From the NCBI RefSeq assembly GCF_964213995.1, contig NC_135830.1, positions 13,578,001 through 13,642,000 on the forward strand: 64,000 nt of DNA, read 5' to 3'. This DNA is from Mustelus asterias (taxonomy: Eukaryota). The translations under genes and the position numbers were made by a program. Of the stretch, positions 9,393 to 23,060 are shown one piece after another (position 1 is the first letter of the stretch; every line of letters begins with the position of its first letter). Below the pieces are notes generated by a model. The model was not told where the DNA came from. It did no database searches and worked only from the letters and a program-made list of their open reading frames with translations.

Positions 9393-11982
9393 AACCTTTA
9401 TATTCTTCAGTGCAGTTCCACCGTGTACTGTCGGATGTCAGTTCCTTCACAATTTACAAACCACCTCTGCAATCTCACATCGGTGTTCCAACTCCTTCTT
9501 TAACCCTCTGTTGGAGTCTCGCGCTCATAAGCCATCTTCACACATGTCCCTCCCTGTTAAACGTTGCCTCTCATTTTATTTTTAACCAGACAGTGTTCTT
9601 TTGTCATGTTTGTTGGCATCTCTTTTCCCCCTCAAACAAATCATTGTTTTACATTTGTGGAAGGTTTATCAGGTCTTTTGGGATTGTGCTGTGTTTTTTA
9701 CCAATCAGTTTCATCATCCTGGATTCCACTTTCTTACAAAAGAAGCACCATTAAATAATTCTGTCAGAATCTTCAGAAGAAAGTCAAAAGTCAGAGTCAA
9801 AGGGGTTCTTCATCTCAATGTCTTTGCTTATTTCCTCCTGTACAGTCCCATTGTGTCAGGTGGTGGCCAGATTATCAAATTCAGTTCTCTCAAATAGTTC
9901 ATAGACAAAGAAACAAATATCTCCAAGAGAAAACTGTCACCTCATTCATCTCATCTGGACTTCCCTTTCACTCAAATCTTCATAAACACCCAAATGTATG
10001 GATTGCTTTAAACTACACTTTCAGGAGTTCTGGAGAATCTTTGAAGTCAAATAAATCATGAAGTATTCTCATAATATCTTTTAACAGAAACCGAACATTT
10101 CTGTTTGATTCCAGGCATTATCAATTTTGTTCTTTCCCTTAAACATCAGGTAAATTTCCATTTTAAATGCTTGAAATAGCAACCCATGTCAGATATTTAT
10201 CAATTCCAATATCAAAAGCAGGCTTGTTGGCTTTCTGAAAGGTAAAGTCTTTTATTCTCTGCTTTAATTCTCAAAACTGCTGCCTTCACTCGGATTATTT
10301 GTGAGTGAAACCGTCATCACCTGTTTAAAAAAACCCCATAAACAATCCATCTGGCTCTGGCCAGGATCCCAGTGAGTTAATATGTCCAATCACAGGTTAC
10401 ATTAAAAAACAAAGGCTGTGTGGAGATTTATAAAAATCAACTGTCTGCTGAAAGGGTTAACTTCTCTGTGGAACCGAGCGAGGCGGGGAGTGGGCAGAGG
10501 AAACTTGGCAATTGCATCAACTTACATAATTTAAAAAACTTCTCTCGTGTTATTTTCTTCAATTTTGTTCAAATTTCATCTCTTTTATCCATCCTTTTTT
10601 GAACACCAATTTCAATTTTCAATATTTGCTACTTAATCGAAGTTGAAAGAAATACTTTGTGAAATATGTTGTTAACCAAATCTCAACAATTTTAACTCCG
10701 ATGTTTTGGAAAGTTGGAACTGGTTTGCTGCCAAACTGCAGCCTTATCTTTGTGTTTTGGGAGCAAATTGGCCTTCACAATTCTAACCTTGAACAACTTA
10801 ATTTCAAACCCAAATACATTCCTTTCACATTTTAGTACACTCTGAATTTATTTCAAACAGAAACACACGGCAGTTCAAATTAAATTAATTTTTATTCCCT
10901 TTCCAAACTAATTCTTCGAATCTATGATGCTTTCAAACAACACCCTGCTTCAACAATTATGACTCAAATGTACAGTATTCCTTCAACTGAGCAAACCAAC
11001 TTGGAGTAAGCGTTGTGGATCATGACGGTGCAGAAGTCATGGCTAACCTCATACACCTGCATTCCCTTATCACACAGGAGAGGCAGAGGAGAGGGAGGAG
11101 TGCTTTCAGTGATTCTTTTTTTTGGAGAAAACAACTACATCTGCTCACTGGTGTCTGATTTGTGTCTCAGGTTGTTTGATGTTAGCTAAACATGGGGAGT
11201 GGTCTGTCTCAGGGAGGTGTCACTTTGTGGCTGAATTACCTTTCTCAAAGTCCCCACGGCATTTTCTAACTCTTCACTTGATCTGATATTTTCTGACTGT
11301 AAATCAATATCTTGTTCCAGAGTTTGGCCGAACAGCAGTAGATTTTTCTGAGCTCCACTCACCCTATCATCTGCCCCCTGTTCCCAATGTAACTGATTGT
11401 CCAGGTCAGACGTGCTCTCCTGCCAGCAATCAGCTCCATTCTGCAGCTTATCCACCAGTTCCCTCAACTCTTTATATTTTGTACTCAGCTGTGAGGCAAC
11501 AGGTTTCCAATGTAACTGGAAATTAATTTATTCTGGACTTTTTCCAACTCGCTATTTCCTTTCTGAATCTCTTTAGAAAACCTATCAAGGACCCGCTCGT
11601 AATCTCCGTCACATTCTTCTCCACCTCCCAGGGTATCTTTTGCTCCTGATGCCCTTGACTCCGTTGTCAATCTGTCAGTCACATTGTAGCAGATGCCAAA
11701 GCCATTGCTGTATTTGTTTTTTTGAGGCAGCAGTGCTAACCACTGTGCCACTGGATGGAATGCTGGCACAGTGGAGAGATACATAGAAACTAGAAGCAGG
11801 AGAAGGCCATTCGGCCCCTTGAGCCTGCTCCACCATTCATCTTCATCATGGCTGATCATCGAATTCAATTTCCTGATTCCACCGCCCCCCCACCCGCCTC
11901 CCATATCCCTTGATCCCGTTAGCCCCAAGAGTATATCTCATATCTTCTTGAAATCAGACAATGTTTTGGCCTCAACTATAGG

Positions 11983-12338
11983 GTGACATGGTGGCACAGT
12001 GGTTAGCACTGCTGCCTCACAGCGCCAGGGACCCATTTAATTCCAGCCTTGGGTGAATGTCTGTGTGGAGTTCGCATGTTCTCCCTGTGTCTGCGTGGGC
12101 TTCCTCCGGGTGCTCCAGTTTCCACCCACAGACCAAAGATGCCCAGGTTCAGTGGATTTGCAATGTTGAATTCCCTCTTCGTCTCCCAAGCTGTGTGGGT
12201 TAGATAGGTTAGCCATGGTAAATGTGTGAGATTACAGAGATAGGGCAGGGGAGAGGGCCTGGGTAAGGTGCTCTGTTAGAGAGATGGTGCAGACTCGATG
12301 GTCCGAATGGTCCCTTCTGCACTGGAGGTATTCTATGA
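11983..12338 (+). mobile_element. HE1-type SINE
   Basis: tRNA-like head, CR1-like tail ending ttctatgatt. Confidence 0.85.
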
Positions 12339-12771
12339 TTCAATGAACACAGGAATGGTCAGAATTATTTCACATGTCCCAAATTTTAAATAACCATTAC
12401 AATTAAAACTCTCTCATACTCACATGTGTGAGTTTGAATCCGGATTAAAATTCCCACATGTTTAGCAAAGTATCCTGGAATCATGTCTCTGGCCAGTAAA
12501 TGTGGCTCTAGGTTCACAACTTTTGTGAAAAAAAGCTTTATTAATTACACGTCCTTGATTTAAATCTGTTTGACATGTGAGTATGAGAGAGTTTTAATTG
12601 TAATGGTTATTTAAAATTTGGGACATGTGAAATAATTCTGACCATTCCTGTGTTCATTGAATCATAGAATCCCTCCAGTGCAGAAGGGACCATTCGGACC
12701 ATCGAGTCTGCACCATCTCTCTAACAGAGCACCTTACCCAGGCCCTCTCCCCTGCCCTATCCCTGTAATCT
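12229..12771. repeat. Local inverted duplication, ~200-bp arms (12229-12427 / 12573-12771)
   Basis: Near-perfect reverse complement covering the SINE tail and unique flank. Confidence 0.9.
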
Positions 12772-13149
12772 GTTTGATTTAAATCACAGACAGAAAACCT
12801 GAAAGCTTGAAGCATTCAACCCACAAATATCATCCATGCACAAGCAGAGAAACTTAGCATGTGCTTTACAACAACGACGACCAAAATTAATTCCTTAAGC
12901 GTTCTTGTGGTTCTGTTTCGAAACTTCCAGAAATGCCTTCAATTAAAGACTCAAGATAAGGTTAATTCCCCAGAAAGATAAACCTTAACAAATGTAGCCC
13001 AAAACAATGATAAAACACATCTACAAACATCCACATAAAACAAATGAAACACACAGGTTCTCACAGCTCGTAAATTTCAAACAATGAATCCTCAGCATTC
13101 TCTCTCACAGCTATAGCTTCTTGAAGCGACAGAGCACTACAAACGTTTC

Positions 13150-14068
13150 ACAATATACATTAATGATTTGGAAGATGGAACTGAAGGCACTGTTGCTAAG
13201 TTTGCAGATGATACAAAGATATGTGGAGGGACAGGTAGTATTGAGGGAGCAGGGGGGCTGCAGAAGGACTTTGATGGGCTCGGAGAGTGGGCAAAGTGGC
13301 AGATGGAATACAATGTGGAAAAGTGTGAGATTATGCACTTGGGTAGGAGGAATGGAGTCATCGACTATTTTCTAAATGGGGAAATGCTTCGGCAATCAGA
13401 AGCACAAAGGGACTTGGGAGTCATTGTTCAAGATTCTCTTAAAGTTAACGTGCAGGTTTAGTTGGCAGTTCGGAAGGCAGATGCAATGTTAGCATTCATG
13501 TCAAGAGGGTTAGAATACAAGAGTAGGAATGTACTTCTGAGGCTGTATAAGGCTCTGGTCAGACCCCATTTGGAGTATTGTGAGCAGTTTTGAGCCCCAC
13601 ATCTAAGGAAGGATATGCTGGTCTTGGAAAGGATCTGGAGGAGCTTCACAAGAATGATCTCTGGAATGAAGAGCTTGTCGTATGAAGAATGGTTGAGGAC
13701 TCCGGGCCTGCACTCATTGGAGTTTAGAAGGATGAGGGGAGATCTTATTGAAACTTAGTAGGAAAAAACTAGAACTAGAGGGCACAACCTCAGGCTAAAG
13801 GGATGATCCTTTAAAACAGAGATGAGGAGGAGTTTCTTCAGCCAGAGAGTGGTGAATCTTTGGAACTCTTTGCCGCAGAAGGCTGTGAAGGTCAGTTCGT
13901 TGAGTGTCTGTAAGACAGAGATAGATAGGTTCTTGATTAATAAGGGGATCAGGGGTTATGGGGAAAAGGCAGGAGAATGGGGATGAGAAAAATATCAGCC
14001 ATGATTGAATAGCGGAGAAGACTCGATGGGTCTGGTGGCCTATTTCTGCTCCTATGTCTTATGGTCTA
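13150..14068 (+). mobile_element. CR1 LINE 3' fragment
   Basis: KFADDTK RT motif, stops, ...tatgtcttatggtct tail. Confidence 0.9.
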
Positions 14069-14869
14069 AGTTCACAACTCCTTGATTAAAATAAGACACA
14101 AGATCCTTCATTCCCCTTCATTATAACTTAAACTTTTTTTTAGCCAACTTCCAAGGCCTGATTTTATCGGAAACATCAAGTCTTTGTTGATTTAAAATCC
14201 CAAACATGTTGCCAGCTGCAAAATCTTTGTTCTTTATCTGGGGTTGAGGTGACAACACGATAAAATCCTCACAGTTCTTCCAAATTCCTCCAGGCTCCGC
14301 TTAAAATTTCCACGTTTCACTGGTTCCCATAAATCCTCAATCAAAAACTAAAATAGACACATGAGTTTCCAGGTGATTTACAAAGAAATGAACTGTCTGC
14401 TGAAAGGGTTAACTTTTCTACAGAACCTAAAGGGGTCGGGAGTGAGCAGAAAAAACTTGGCCCACAATTACTTCACTTTACATATGATGGGGGTTTTTCT
14501 CGGAGGCTAAGTATTGAGCTGAACCCAGTTAATACAAAGATTTGCAAAAGACAGTATACTGGTTAAAGGCATTACTTATTGAGAAAGGCAGCTGGGCAGT
14601 CCAATTCCTTTCTAAAGTTACAATACATTGGCCATGTAGTTATACTATTTTGAAAGTTCATTTCATCCTCCCACTCTGCCATCCTAACTGGATGCTCCAA
14701 TCATGTTCATGCACAATATTTACCTTGGCCAATAACATCCTATCTTCTGGAAGAATGGGAATTCATTGGTCTGTAGAATCTGAAAGTTCCTGCCCACTGT
14801 TACTTTGCAACATTCACTTACGTAGGTCCAGAGGGTTCAAAGGTTGCTTTCTAACTGACTCTCAGCACG

Positions 14870-15178
14870 GGCGACACAGTGGCACAGTGGTTAGCACTGC
14901 TGCCTCACAGCGTCAGGGACCCGAGTTCGATTCCCGGCTTGGGTCACTGTCTGTGTGGAGTTTGCACATTCTCCCCGTGTCTGCGTGGGTTTCCTCTGGG
15001 TGCTCAGGTTTTCTCCCACAATCCAAAGATGTGCCGGTTAAGTGGATTAGACATGCTAAATTGCCCCTTAGTGTCAGGCGGACTAGCTAGGGTAAATGGG
15101 GATAGGGCCTGGGTGGGATTCTGGTTGGTGCAGATTTGATGGGCCAAATGGCCTCCTTCTGCACTGTAGGATTCTGTA
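14870..15178 (+). mobile_element. HE1-type SINE
   Basis: A box and GTTCGATTCC B box. Confidence 0.9.
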
Positions 15179-16007
15179 ACTCTGTGATAACTTCTATTAC
15201 AGAGCTTATAGGGTTCAAAAGTTCCTTTCCACTGTCTGCTGAGCCATCCCTTATCAGTAAAAAATGAATAATTCTATTCATTCTAATGTCTGGGAAGCAA
15301 GTATTTTCTATAACTCATACTGATAAAAACTGTGTTCTGTGGCTTCACCGTTCTGAAAGAATGTGGCCTGTCTCACTCAGCTTTTATCCCATTATGCTTT
15401 AGGGCAGTCTGCAGTTTGGCCAAGGTATACATTTTAGTACAAAAAGTATATTTAAATCTGAAATACATGTTTAAATTCTCTACCAGTGGTTATATGTGTC
15501 TCTATGCAGACAGTACCTTTGTATAATATAAATAAGGCACATTGTGGTCCTTATTCTACATTAGTCTAAGTCAGTCCACCCTGTTTCAATAGCCTTTATT
15601 AGTTTTTAATCTCAAGGTATTCTGAACCCCTCTAACAAAATAACTTTAAAAAATTTAAAGTTTATAATTAGTCTCAAGTAAGCTTACATTAACACTGCAA
15701 TGAAGTTACTGTAAAAAATCCCCTCTCTAACAACAAAAGAAACTTGATTTTAAACTTCATCTATGAATTTTTTTGTTATATTCTCAACCTATTTTAATTT
15801 GATCAGTTTTTGTTAGGGATGGGTAATTTCTGTTCTTTATAAACTGGTTCACTCATTTTGTTAATTCTACATGGGCTCGGAGAATCAGAACCCAGACTCT
15901 ATCATCCATATCCTTTTTCTCCTTTTGCCACCACTTTCTCTCTGTTTTGCGGGAGGATCGTGGGGATTCCAATCAGACCGAATCATTTATTATAAAAGTA
16001 AAACAAA

Positions 16008-16146
16008 AACAGAAAATGCTGGAAAATCCCAGCAGATCTGACAGTATCTGTAGGGAGAGAATCGAGCCAACGTTTCAAGTCTGGAAGACCCTTCATCAGA
16101 GCTCCTATGAAGTGTCACCTCGACTCAAAATGTTGGCTCTATTCTC
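16008..16146. mobile_element. Short Penelope-derived foldback repeat with hammerhead-like motif (16066-16102, minus)
   Basis: gct-CTGATGA-a-gggtc(ttcca)gactt-GAAA-cg-TT-ggc; related copies ~24555, ~26095, ~59860, ~62000. Confidence 0.55.
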
Positions 16147-16509
16147 AAATCGTTTTATCGTTAAGTTTCTTGTTCTTAGTTTCCAAAAGACAGGTAAGAA
16201 ATCTGTCTGGTGCCCACTCGAGCTCTGATTTGTCACTGGCCATGCTTGGGTAAGATTATAACCATTAGAATCCACTCTTAGAGGTCCACTTTTCAGTCCA
16301 GTGCTACTTGGAGTGTACCGTCACTTCACCGACTACCGGGTCACAAGACCTTCACAGTTCTTATCACAAATTTATGATAAAATAATGTAAACATGCCTGA
16401 AAACGCTTCACTTCTTAGCTACCTACCACTGTTTATTGATTAGTCAGCCCCCTTTTTTACAGATTCCAGGATCTCAGCTGCTGAACACCAGCCGGTCCCG
16501 CAATAATCT

Positions 16510-16830
16510 CATAGAATCTCGACAGTGCAGAAGGAGGCCATTCGGCCCATCAAGTTTGCACCAACCACAGTCCCACCAACCCTATCCCCATAATCCCATT
16601 CATTTACCCTAGCTAGTCCCCCTGACACTAAGGGGCAATTTAGCATGGCCAATCCATCTAACCTGCACTTCTTTGGACTGTGGGAGGAAACCGGAGCACC
16701 TGGAGGAAACCTACACAGACACGGGGAGAATGTGCAAACTCCACACAGACTGTGACCCAAGCTGGGAATCGAACCCGGGTTCCTTGCGCTGTGAGGCAGC
16801 AGTGCTAACCACTGTGCCACGTGCCACCCC
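16510..16830 (-). mobile_element. HE1-type SINE (absent from paralogous segment near 54290)
   Basis: SINE head/tail; paralogue reads ...ggtcctggaataagtttaattc. Confidence 0.9.
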
Positions 16831-17598
16831 AGTTTAATTCTAACTCATTCTGAGTAAATATTCTCACCAGGTCCTCTGTTGGGGCCCTGCTGAGCAGCTT
16901 TAATGGTCCGTGATTGCAGAAGCTGAGCAGTCACAGGAATGTGGTCAAGATAGTCCAGTCCCATAATGCCTCACATTCAATCTGCAGTCCTTCAATTATA
17001 ACAGAATATGTGGCTGTATGTAGCTGCCTCGGCCGTGGTCAACCCCAACACTGCCTTCCTGAACTGCTACAATGCCTGAGGTGTAAGTACACCCACAGTG
17101 CTGTTAGGGAGGGATTTCCAGCTACACATTCCAGACTTTCACTAGACTGTAGGTGGATATCAGATTGATATATTCCATTCAACCACACCCAAGATGAGTT
17201 ATTCCAATTCCTTTATTGTCCAGGACAATATATTCACAATATCTTTAAAACAGAAATTAAACATTCCCATTTGATTTCAGGTATTAACATATTCTGTTAG
17301 TTTGTTCTTTATTGTCAATGTCAGGCTGGGGTTGTTCCCTTGGAGCAAAGGAGGTTGAGGGGAGATTTGATAGAGGTGGACAAGATTCTGACAGGTTTAG
17401 ATAAGGTGGACAAAGAAAAGCTGTTCCCATTAGCTGATGGGACAAGGATGAGGGGGACACAGATTTATGGTTTTGGGTCAGAGATGCAGGGGGGTCACCC
17501 TTCGACCCTCCCCATTGACCAACTGTGAGAATGAACAAAATGCAGTCCTGGGTGTAATTGAGAGCAGAAACAATAACAGCAGAATCCAACCTCTGAAA

Positions 17599-18189
17599 TC
17601 ACTCGTGAACTCGCTGGTGTCTCAACAGGTGGGATGACTGAGCGAATCCCTTCCCACACTGAGGGCAGGTGAATGGCCTCTCCCCAGTATGAATGTGCTC
17701 ATGTGCCCGCAGGTTGGATGAACAAGCGAATCCCTTCCCACACTGAGAGCAGATGAATGGCCTCTCCCCAGTGTGAACTCGCTGGTGTATCCGCAGGTCA
17801 GATGACCGAGTGAATCCCTTCCCACACTGAGAGCAGGTGAATGGCTTCTCCCCAGTGTGAACTCGCTGGTGCCTCCGCAGGCTGGATAAATGACTGAATC
17901 CCTCCCCACACTGAAAACACGTGAACAGCCTCTCCCCAGTGTGAACTCGCTGGTGTGTCAGCAGGTTGAATGACTGAATGAATCCCTTCCCACACTGAGA
18001 ACACATGAACGGTCTCTCCCCAGTGTGAACTCGCTGGTGTCTCTGCAGGTTGAATGACTGAGTGAATCCCTCCCCACACTGAGAGCACATGAATGGTCTC
18101 TCCCCAGTGTGGTTGCGCCGATGAGCTTCCAGCTCATTTGGGTATCTGTATCTCTTCCCACAGTCTGCACATTTCCATGGTTTCTCCAT
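17599..18189 (-). CDS. C2H2 zinc-finger protein, 7 fingers
   Basis: [10 protein letters not shown]... uninterrupted; TGE(R/K)PF linkers; splice acceptor near 18537. Confidence 0.85.
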   Translation of the reverse strand: MEKPWKCADCGKRYRYPNELEAHRRNHTGERPFMCSQCGEGFTQSFNLQRHQRVHTGERPFMCSQCGKGFIQSFNLLTHQRVHTGERLFTCFQCGEGFSHLSSLRRHQRVHTGEKPFTCSQCGKGFTRSSDLRIHQRVHTGERPFICSQCGKGFACSSNLRAHEHIHTGERPFTCPQCGKGFAQSSHLLRHQRVHE

Positions 18190-19294
18190 GGTGCAGGTGT
18201 CCTTGCCTCTCTCTTGTGTGGACAATCCGTTGAAGCCTCGTCCACACACAGAACACGGGTACAGTCTCTCGCTGCTGTGAATGATGTGATATTTATTCAG
18301 GCTGTGTAACTGGTTAAAGCTCTTTAGTCAGTGCGCTGGAACACTCTCACTCGAGTGTGGCAGTGTGTTGGTGCTTTTCCAGTCACACTGATGTTTGAAA
18401 TCTTTTCAAATCAACAGACCGGACAATCATTTCTCCTTCGAGATTCAAAGTCCGATGATATTGAGCTCCCAAGGAATATGACTCTGTCAGATCTGACATG
18501 ACGTTTGAGATTTCGGGCTGTGTCTCTTTCAATGTCCTGTGAAATTAGTTTACAAAAGTCATCAGTGTCAGTACAGGATAGAAAGTCAGAACAGGATTCT
18601 ATTTAAAAATGAAAGTGGATGGGCACTTGAAGGAAATAAACTTTCAGGAGAATGGGGATATAGAGTGGGAATGGGACTGGAATGTTATACAGAGAGTCAG
18701 CATGGACTCGAGTTACCAAATGTATTCCTTCTGTGCTGTAATGACTTTATGACTGGAAATGTATAACATCGCTACAGCATTATATTACAATGCAAGAAAT
18801 AATAATAAATACAGAAACATAAATAATTTATCTAATCTGGGTACCATATAATAACACTAGACATATCTCTGTCCTATATTAATTTACTGTCCCCTTAAAT
18901 ATCAGCCATCTCCTGCCCTTTAATTGTGAACATTAGGAAAGAGACCATCCTTTTAGACAGAAAGAAGATTAACGTTTCAGGGTGGGCAGAATGAATTACA
19001 GGGAATAAAAATGTATCAGATTTTGTTGGTTAATATAAGCTCAGAAGTGGAAGGGAAATGATCTCCAGTGGAAGAGAAACAGTTCCTGAACATTGTAAGA
19101 CTAAGCTGGTCACTCAGCAGTGAATAGAGTTGTGAAGTGGTAAAAACCTCATCAAGACATAGCTTGTGGAAATAATAGTTAAAATACACCCATTATTAGA
19201 GGCAGAGGAAGGTAGACAATGGCAGAGAGCTGATCAGGGAGGGCAGAGGTGAAACAGAGAAATGGATGGTCGTTTAAAAATTCATAAAAAGCAT

Positions 19295-21185
19295 GGTTAG
19301 CAAGTTTGCAGACGATACTAAATTAGGAGGAATCGCTGATAGTGAAGAAGGTTATCAAAAATTACAGGGGGATCTTGATCAGTTGTTTGGTTAGGAAAGT
19401 GGGCCAATGATTGGCAAATGGATTTCAGTACAGATAATACAGAGTACAGAGGCACAACCTCAGGCTATAGGGACGATCCTTGAAAACAGAGATAAGGAGG
19501 AATTTCTTCAGCCAGAGAGTGGTGAATTTGTGGAACTCTTTGCCGCAGAAGGCTGTGGAGGCCAGGTCATTGACTGTCTTTAAGACAGAGATATATAGGT
19601 TCTTGATTAATAAGGAGATCTGGGGTTATGGGAAAAAGGCAGGAAAATGGGGATGAGAAAAATATCAGCCATGATTGAAGGGCGGAGCAAACTCGATGGG
19701 CCGAGTGGCCTATTTCTGCTCCTATCTCTTATGGTCTTAAGTGTGAGTGTTGCATTTTGGAAAGTCAAACCAGGGTAGGACTTGTACAGTGAATGGTAAG
19801 GCACTGGGGAGTGTTGAGGAACAGAGGAACACAGGAATACAAGTACATAGTTCATTGAAAGTGGCGGCACAGGTAAACAGAGTGGTGAAGAAGGCATTTA
19901 GCACACTGGCCTTCATCAGTCAGGGCACTGAGTATAGGAGTTGGGACATTATGTTATAGTTGTATAAGTCATTGGTGAGGCTGCACTTGGAGTACTGTGT
20001 ACAGTTTTTGTAACCCTGTTACAGGAAAGACATTGATAAACTGGAAAGAGTGCAAAGAAGATTTATGAGGATGTTGCCGGGACTAATGGGCCTGAATGAT
20101 CGTGTGAGGTTGGATAGGCTAGGGCTTTATTCCTTTGAATGTAGGAGAATGTGGGGTGACTATATTGAGGTGTATTAAATCATGAGGGGCATAGATAGGA
20201 TGAACCCACATTGTCTTTTTGCCAGGGTAAGAGAATTGAAAACTAGAGGGCATGGGTTTAAGATGAGAGGGGAAAGATTAAAAGGAACCTGAGGGGCAAC
20301 TTCTTCATGCAAAGGGTGGTGTGTACATGGAATGAGCTGCCAGAGAAAATGGTTGAGGCAGGTTCAAACAGCAGGTTTAAACATTTTTAAAAGCATTTGG
20401 ATAATTACATGAATTGGAAAGGATTATAAGACCATAAGACCATAAGACATAGGAGCGGAAGTAAGGCCATTCGGCCCATCGAGTCCACTCCACCATTCAA
20501 TCATGGTTGATTTCAACTCCATTTACCCGCTCTCTCCCCATAGCCCTTAATTCCTCGAGAAATCAAGAATTTATCAATTTCTGTCTTGAAGACGCTCAAC
20601 GTCTCGGCCTCCACAGCCCTCTGTGGCAATGAATTCCACAGACCCACCACTCTCTGGCTGAAGAAATTTCTCCTCATCTCTGTTCTAAAGTGACTCCCTT
20701 TTATTCTAAGGCTGTGCCCCCGCGTCCTAGTCTCCCCTGTTAATGGAAACAACTTCCCTACGTCCATCCTATCTAAGCCGTTCATTATCTTGTAAGTTTC
20801 TATCAGATCTCCCCTCAACCTCCTAAACTCCAATGAATATAATCCCACGATCCTCAGACGTTCATCGTATGTCAGGCCTACCATTCCTGGGATCATCCGT
20901 GTGAATCTCCGCTGGACCCGCTCCAGTGCCAGTATGTCCTTCCTGAGGTGTGGGGCCCAAAATTGCTCACAGTACTCCAAATGGGGCCTAACCAGTGCTT
21001 TATAAAGCCTCAGAAGTACATCCCTGCTTTTGTATTCCAAGCCTCTTGAGATAAATGACAACATTACATTAGAGGGATATGAGCCAAACATGGACAACTG
21101 GGACTAGCTGGGAGGGCACCATGGTTGGCATGGATCAGTTGGGCCCAAGGGCCAGTTTCCGTGCTATATTGCTCTATGACTCTAT
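19295..21185. mobile_element. Old CR1 (+) with nested CR1 pieces (~19448-19740 +; young copy 20430-21069 -)
   Basis: KFADDTK at ~19302; nested tails; ORF 20513-21097 matches 39270-40145. Confidence 0.85.
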
Positions 21186-22014
21186 GTGTTGGCTGCATCA
21201 GCATCTATTGCCCATAACTCATTGCCCTTGAACTGAGTGGTTTGCATTGCTGGGGGATGTGGTAATTTCCTTCTTTAAAGGACATTATTAAATTGGATGG
21301 ATTTTTACAACAATTGTCATCAATGGACTTCTAAGTCTAGATTTTTACTGAATTCAAATTTCAACATCTGCCGTTGTGGGATTCGAACCCAGGGTTCACA
21401 GTGCATTGACCTGGATCCCTGTATTACTAATCCAATAACACTATCACTGCACCATTGCCTCCCCATCCATGGTAAAGGAGTCACAATAGCCCGAGATCCA
21501 TGGAATCAGAGCATGCTCTAAATTTAAATTAATGCTCACTAACACTCACCTCAAAACAATTTCACTGTTTTCACATTTTAAAATCTGCAGCAGCTGAAAA
21601 GATCTCAGAGAGATTGATGTCCGGGAAAAATTTTGCAATCTTCAAATCTTCTCCCTGTAAATGAGGAAAGTTATAGGTGTAATTCAAGGTTAGAAATTCA
21701 AGACAGACAAACATTTCTTTTGGTCTGAGTTTGCTGTGTGTAAATCTTTCCCTTCTAATCCCCTGTAAAAGGAGTTTCCAAAATCCATCAGCATCTGTCC
21801 AGGATAGAGATTCAAAACATTCACTCCTCCTTTAACCTGGCACAGAATTACTTCAGCTGGGACAAAATTGCAGTGGAGGCAGTTCAGAGAAGATCCAGTT
21901 GGTTGATTCCTGAAATGAGGAGTTTTATCTTTCAGGTTGAGCAGCTTGGGCCTCTACTCTTTGGAGTTCAGAAGACTGAGAAGTAATCTTAATGAAACAT
22001 CTGGGAATTTAAGG

Positions 22015-22328
22015 GCGGAACAGTGGTTAGCACTGCTGCCTCACAGCACCAGGGTCCCAGGTTCAATTCCGGCCTTGGGTCACTGTCTGTATGGAGTTTG
22101 CACATTCTCCCCATGTCTGCGTGGGTTTCCTCCGGGTGCTCTGGTTTCCTCCCACAGTTCAAAGATGTGTGGGTTAGGTGGATTGGCTATGCTAAATTGA
22201 CCCTAGTGTCAGGGGGATTAGCAGGGTAAATGCATGGGGTTGTGGGGCTGGGGCCTGGGTGGGATTGTGGTCGGTACAGACCTGATGGGCCAAATGGCCT
22301 CATTCTGCACTGTAGGGATTCTATGATT
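22015..22328 (+). mobile_element. HE1-type SINE inside a decayed CR1 fragment (~21880-22635)
   Basis: SINE head/tail; flanking LGLYSLEFRRLR. Confidence 0.85.
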
Positions 22329-22634
22329 CATATGATATAAGGTGCTTGACAAGGTAGATGCTGAGAGGATGTTTCCTCTGGTGTGGAAATCAAGTAAAAA
22401 TAAAGGATCTCAAATTTAAGATGAAGAGAGATCTTTTCTCTCAGCGGGTTGTTGATCTTTGGAACTCTGTCTTCACCAGTGAGTATTGGAGGCAGGTCAT
22501 TGAATATATTCAAAGCTGAGGTTTTGATCCACAAGAAAGCCAAGGGTATGGACGGGGTGGGGGTAGCAAAGTAGACATGATCTTATTGAATGATGCAGCA
22601 GGCTCGATGGGCCCAATGACTGGCTCCTGTTCTT

Positions 22635-23060
22635 GGATAGCTGCGCATGCGCCCTGCTACCTATTGTCCCTCTGAAGATCGAGGTTCTGAACCAACCCCT
22701 GAAACCACGCCCATTATGACCCGTCACAGACAGCAGCGCATGCGCCCTCCGTCTCCGCTGAAACAAGATGGCGGCCGATAACCGGGGCCTGTTCCAGGGA
22801 TAAAAGCCTGGGAGCTGTAAACTCGGGACCTGCAGGGTCTATTCGGGCCGTGCGGCCTACAGCGGGTGTTTCGAAGCCATACCTCCCTCCCTATCCCGAC
22901 TCCCGGCTCCATTTCTCCCACAGCCCAACCGACTCACCCGCAGAAAAATGTGCCAACTCCCGCACTCGCAAGACTCCGAGCAAAGTGACATTGCGCACGC
23001 TCCAGATATAGCACTGCGCCTGCGCAATAGGCTCCTGTGGAATGAATAGGACACTGTCAC
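22635..23060. promoter_or_regulatory. CpG-rich promoter-like region
   Basis: GCGCATGCGC (NRF1-like) twice, AAGATGGCGGC (YY1-like). Confidence 0.6.

Larger units (their letters stand above)
16215..18600. repeat. Segmental duplication, direct paralogue of ~53992-56420
   Basis: Near-identical non-coding sequence (shared MQKLSSHRNVV spurious ORF) plus ZNF exon. Confidence 0.9.

Noticed and set aside
14870-14945. tRNA genes at SINE heads
   Set aside because: Continue into HE1 body and CR1-like tail; not standalone tRNAs
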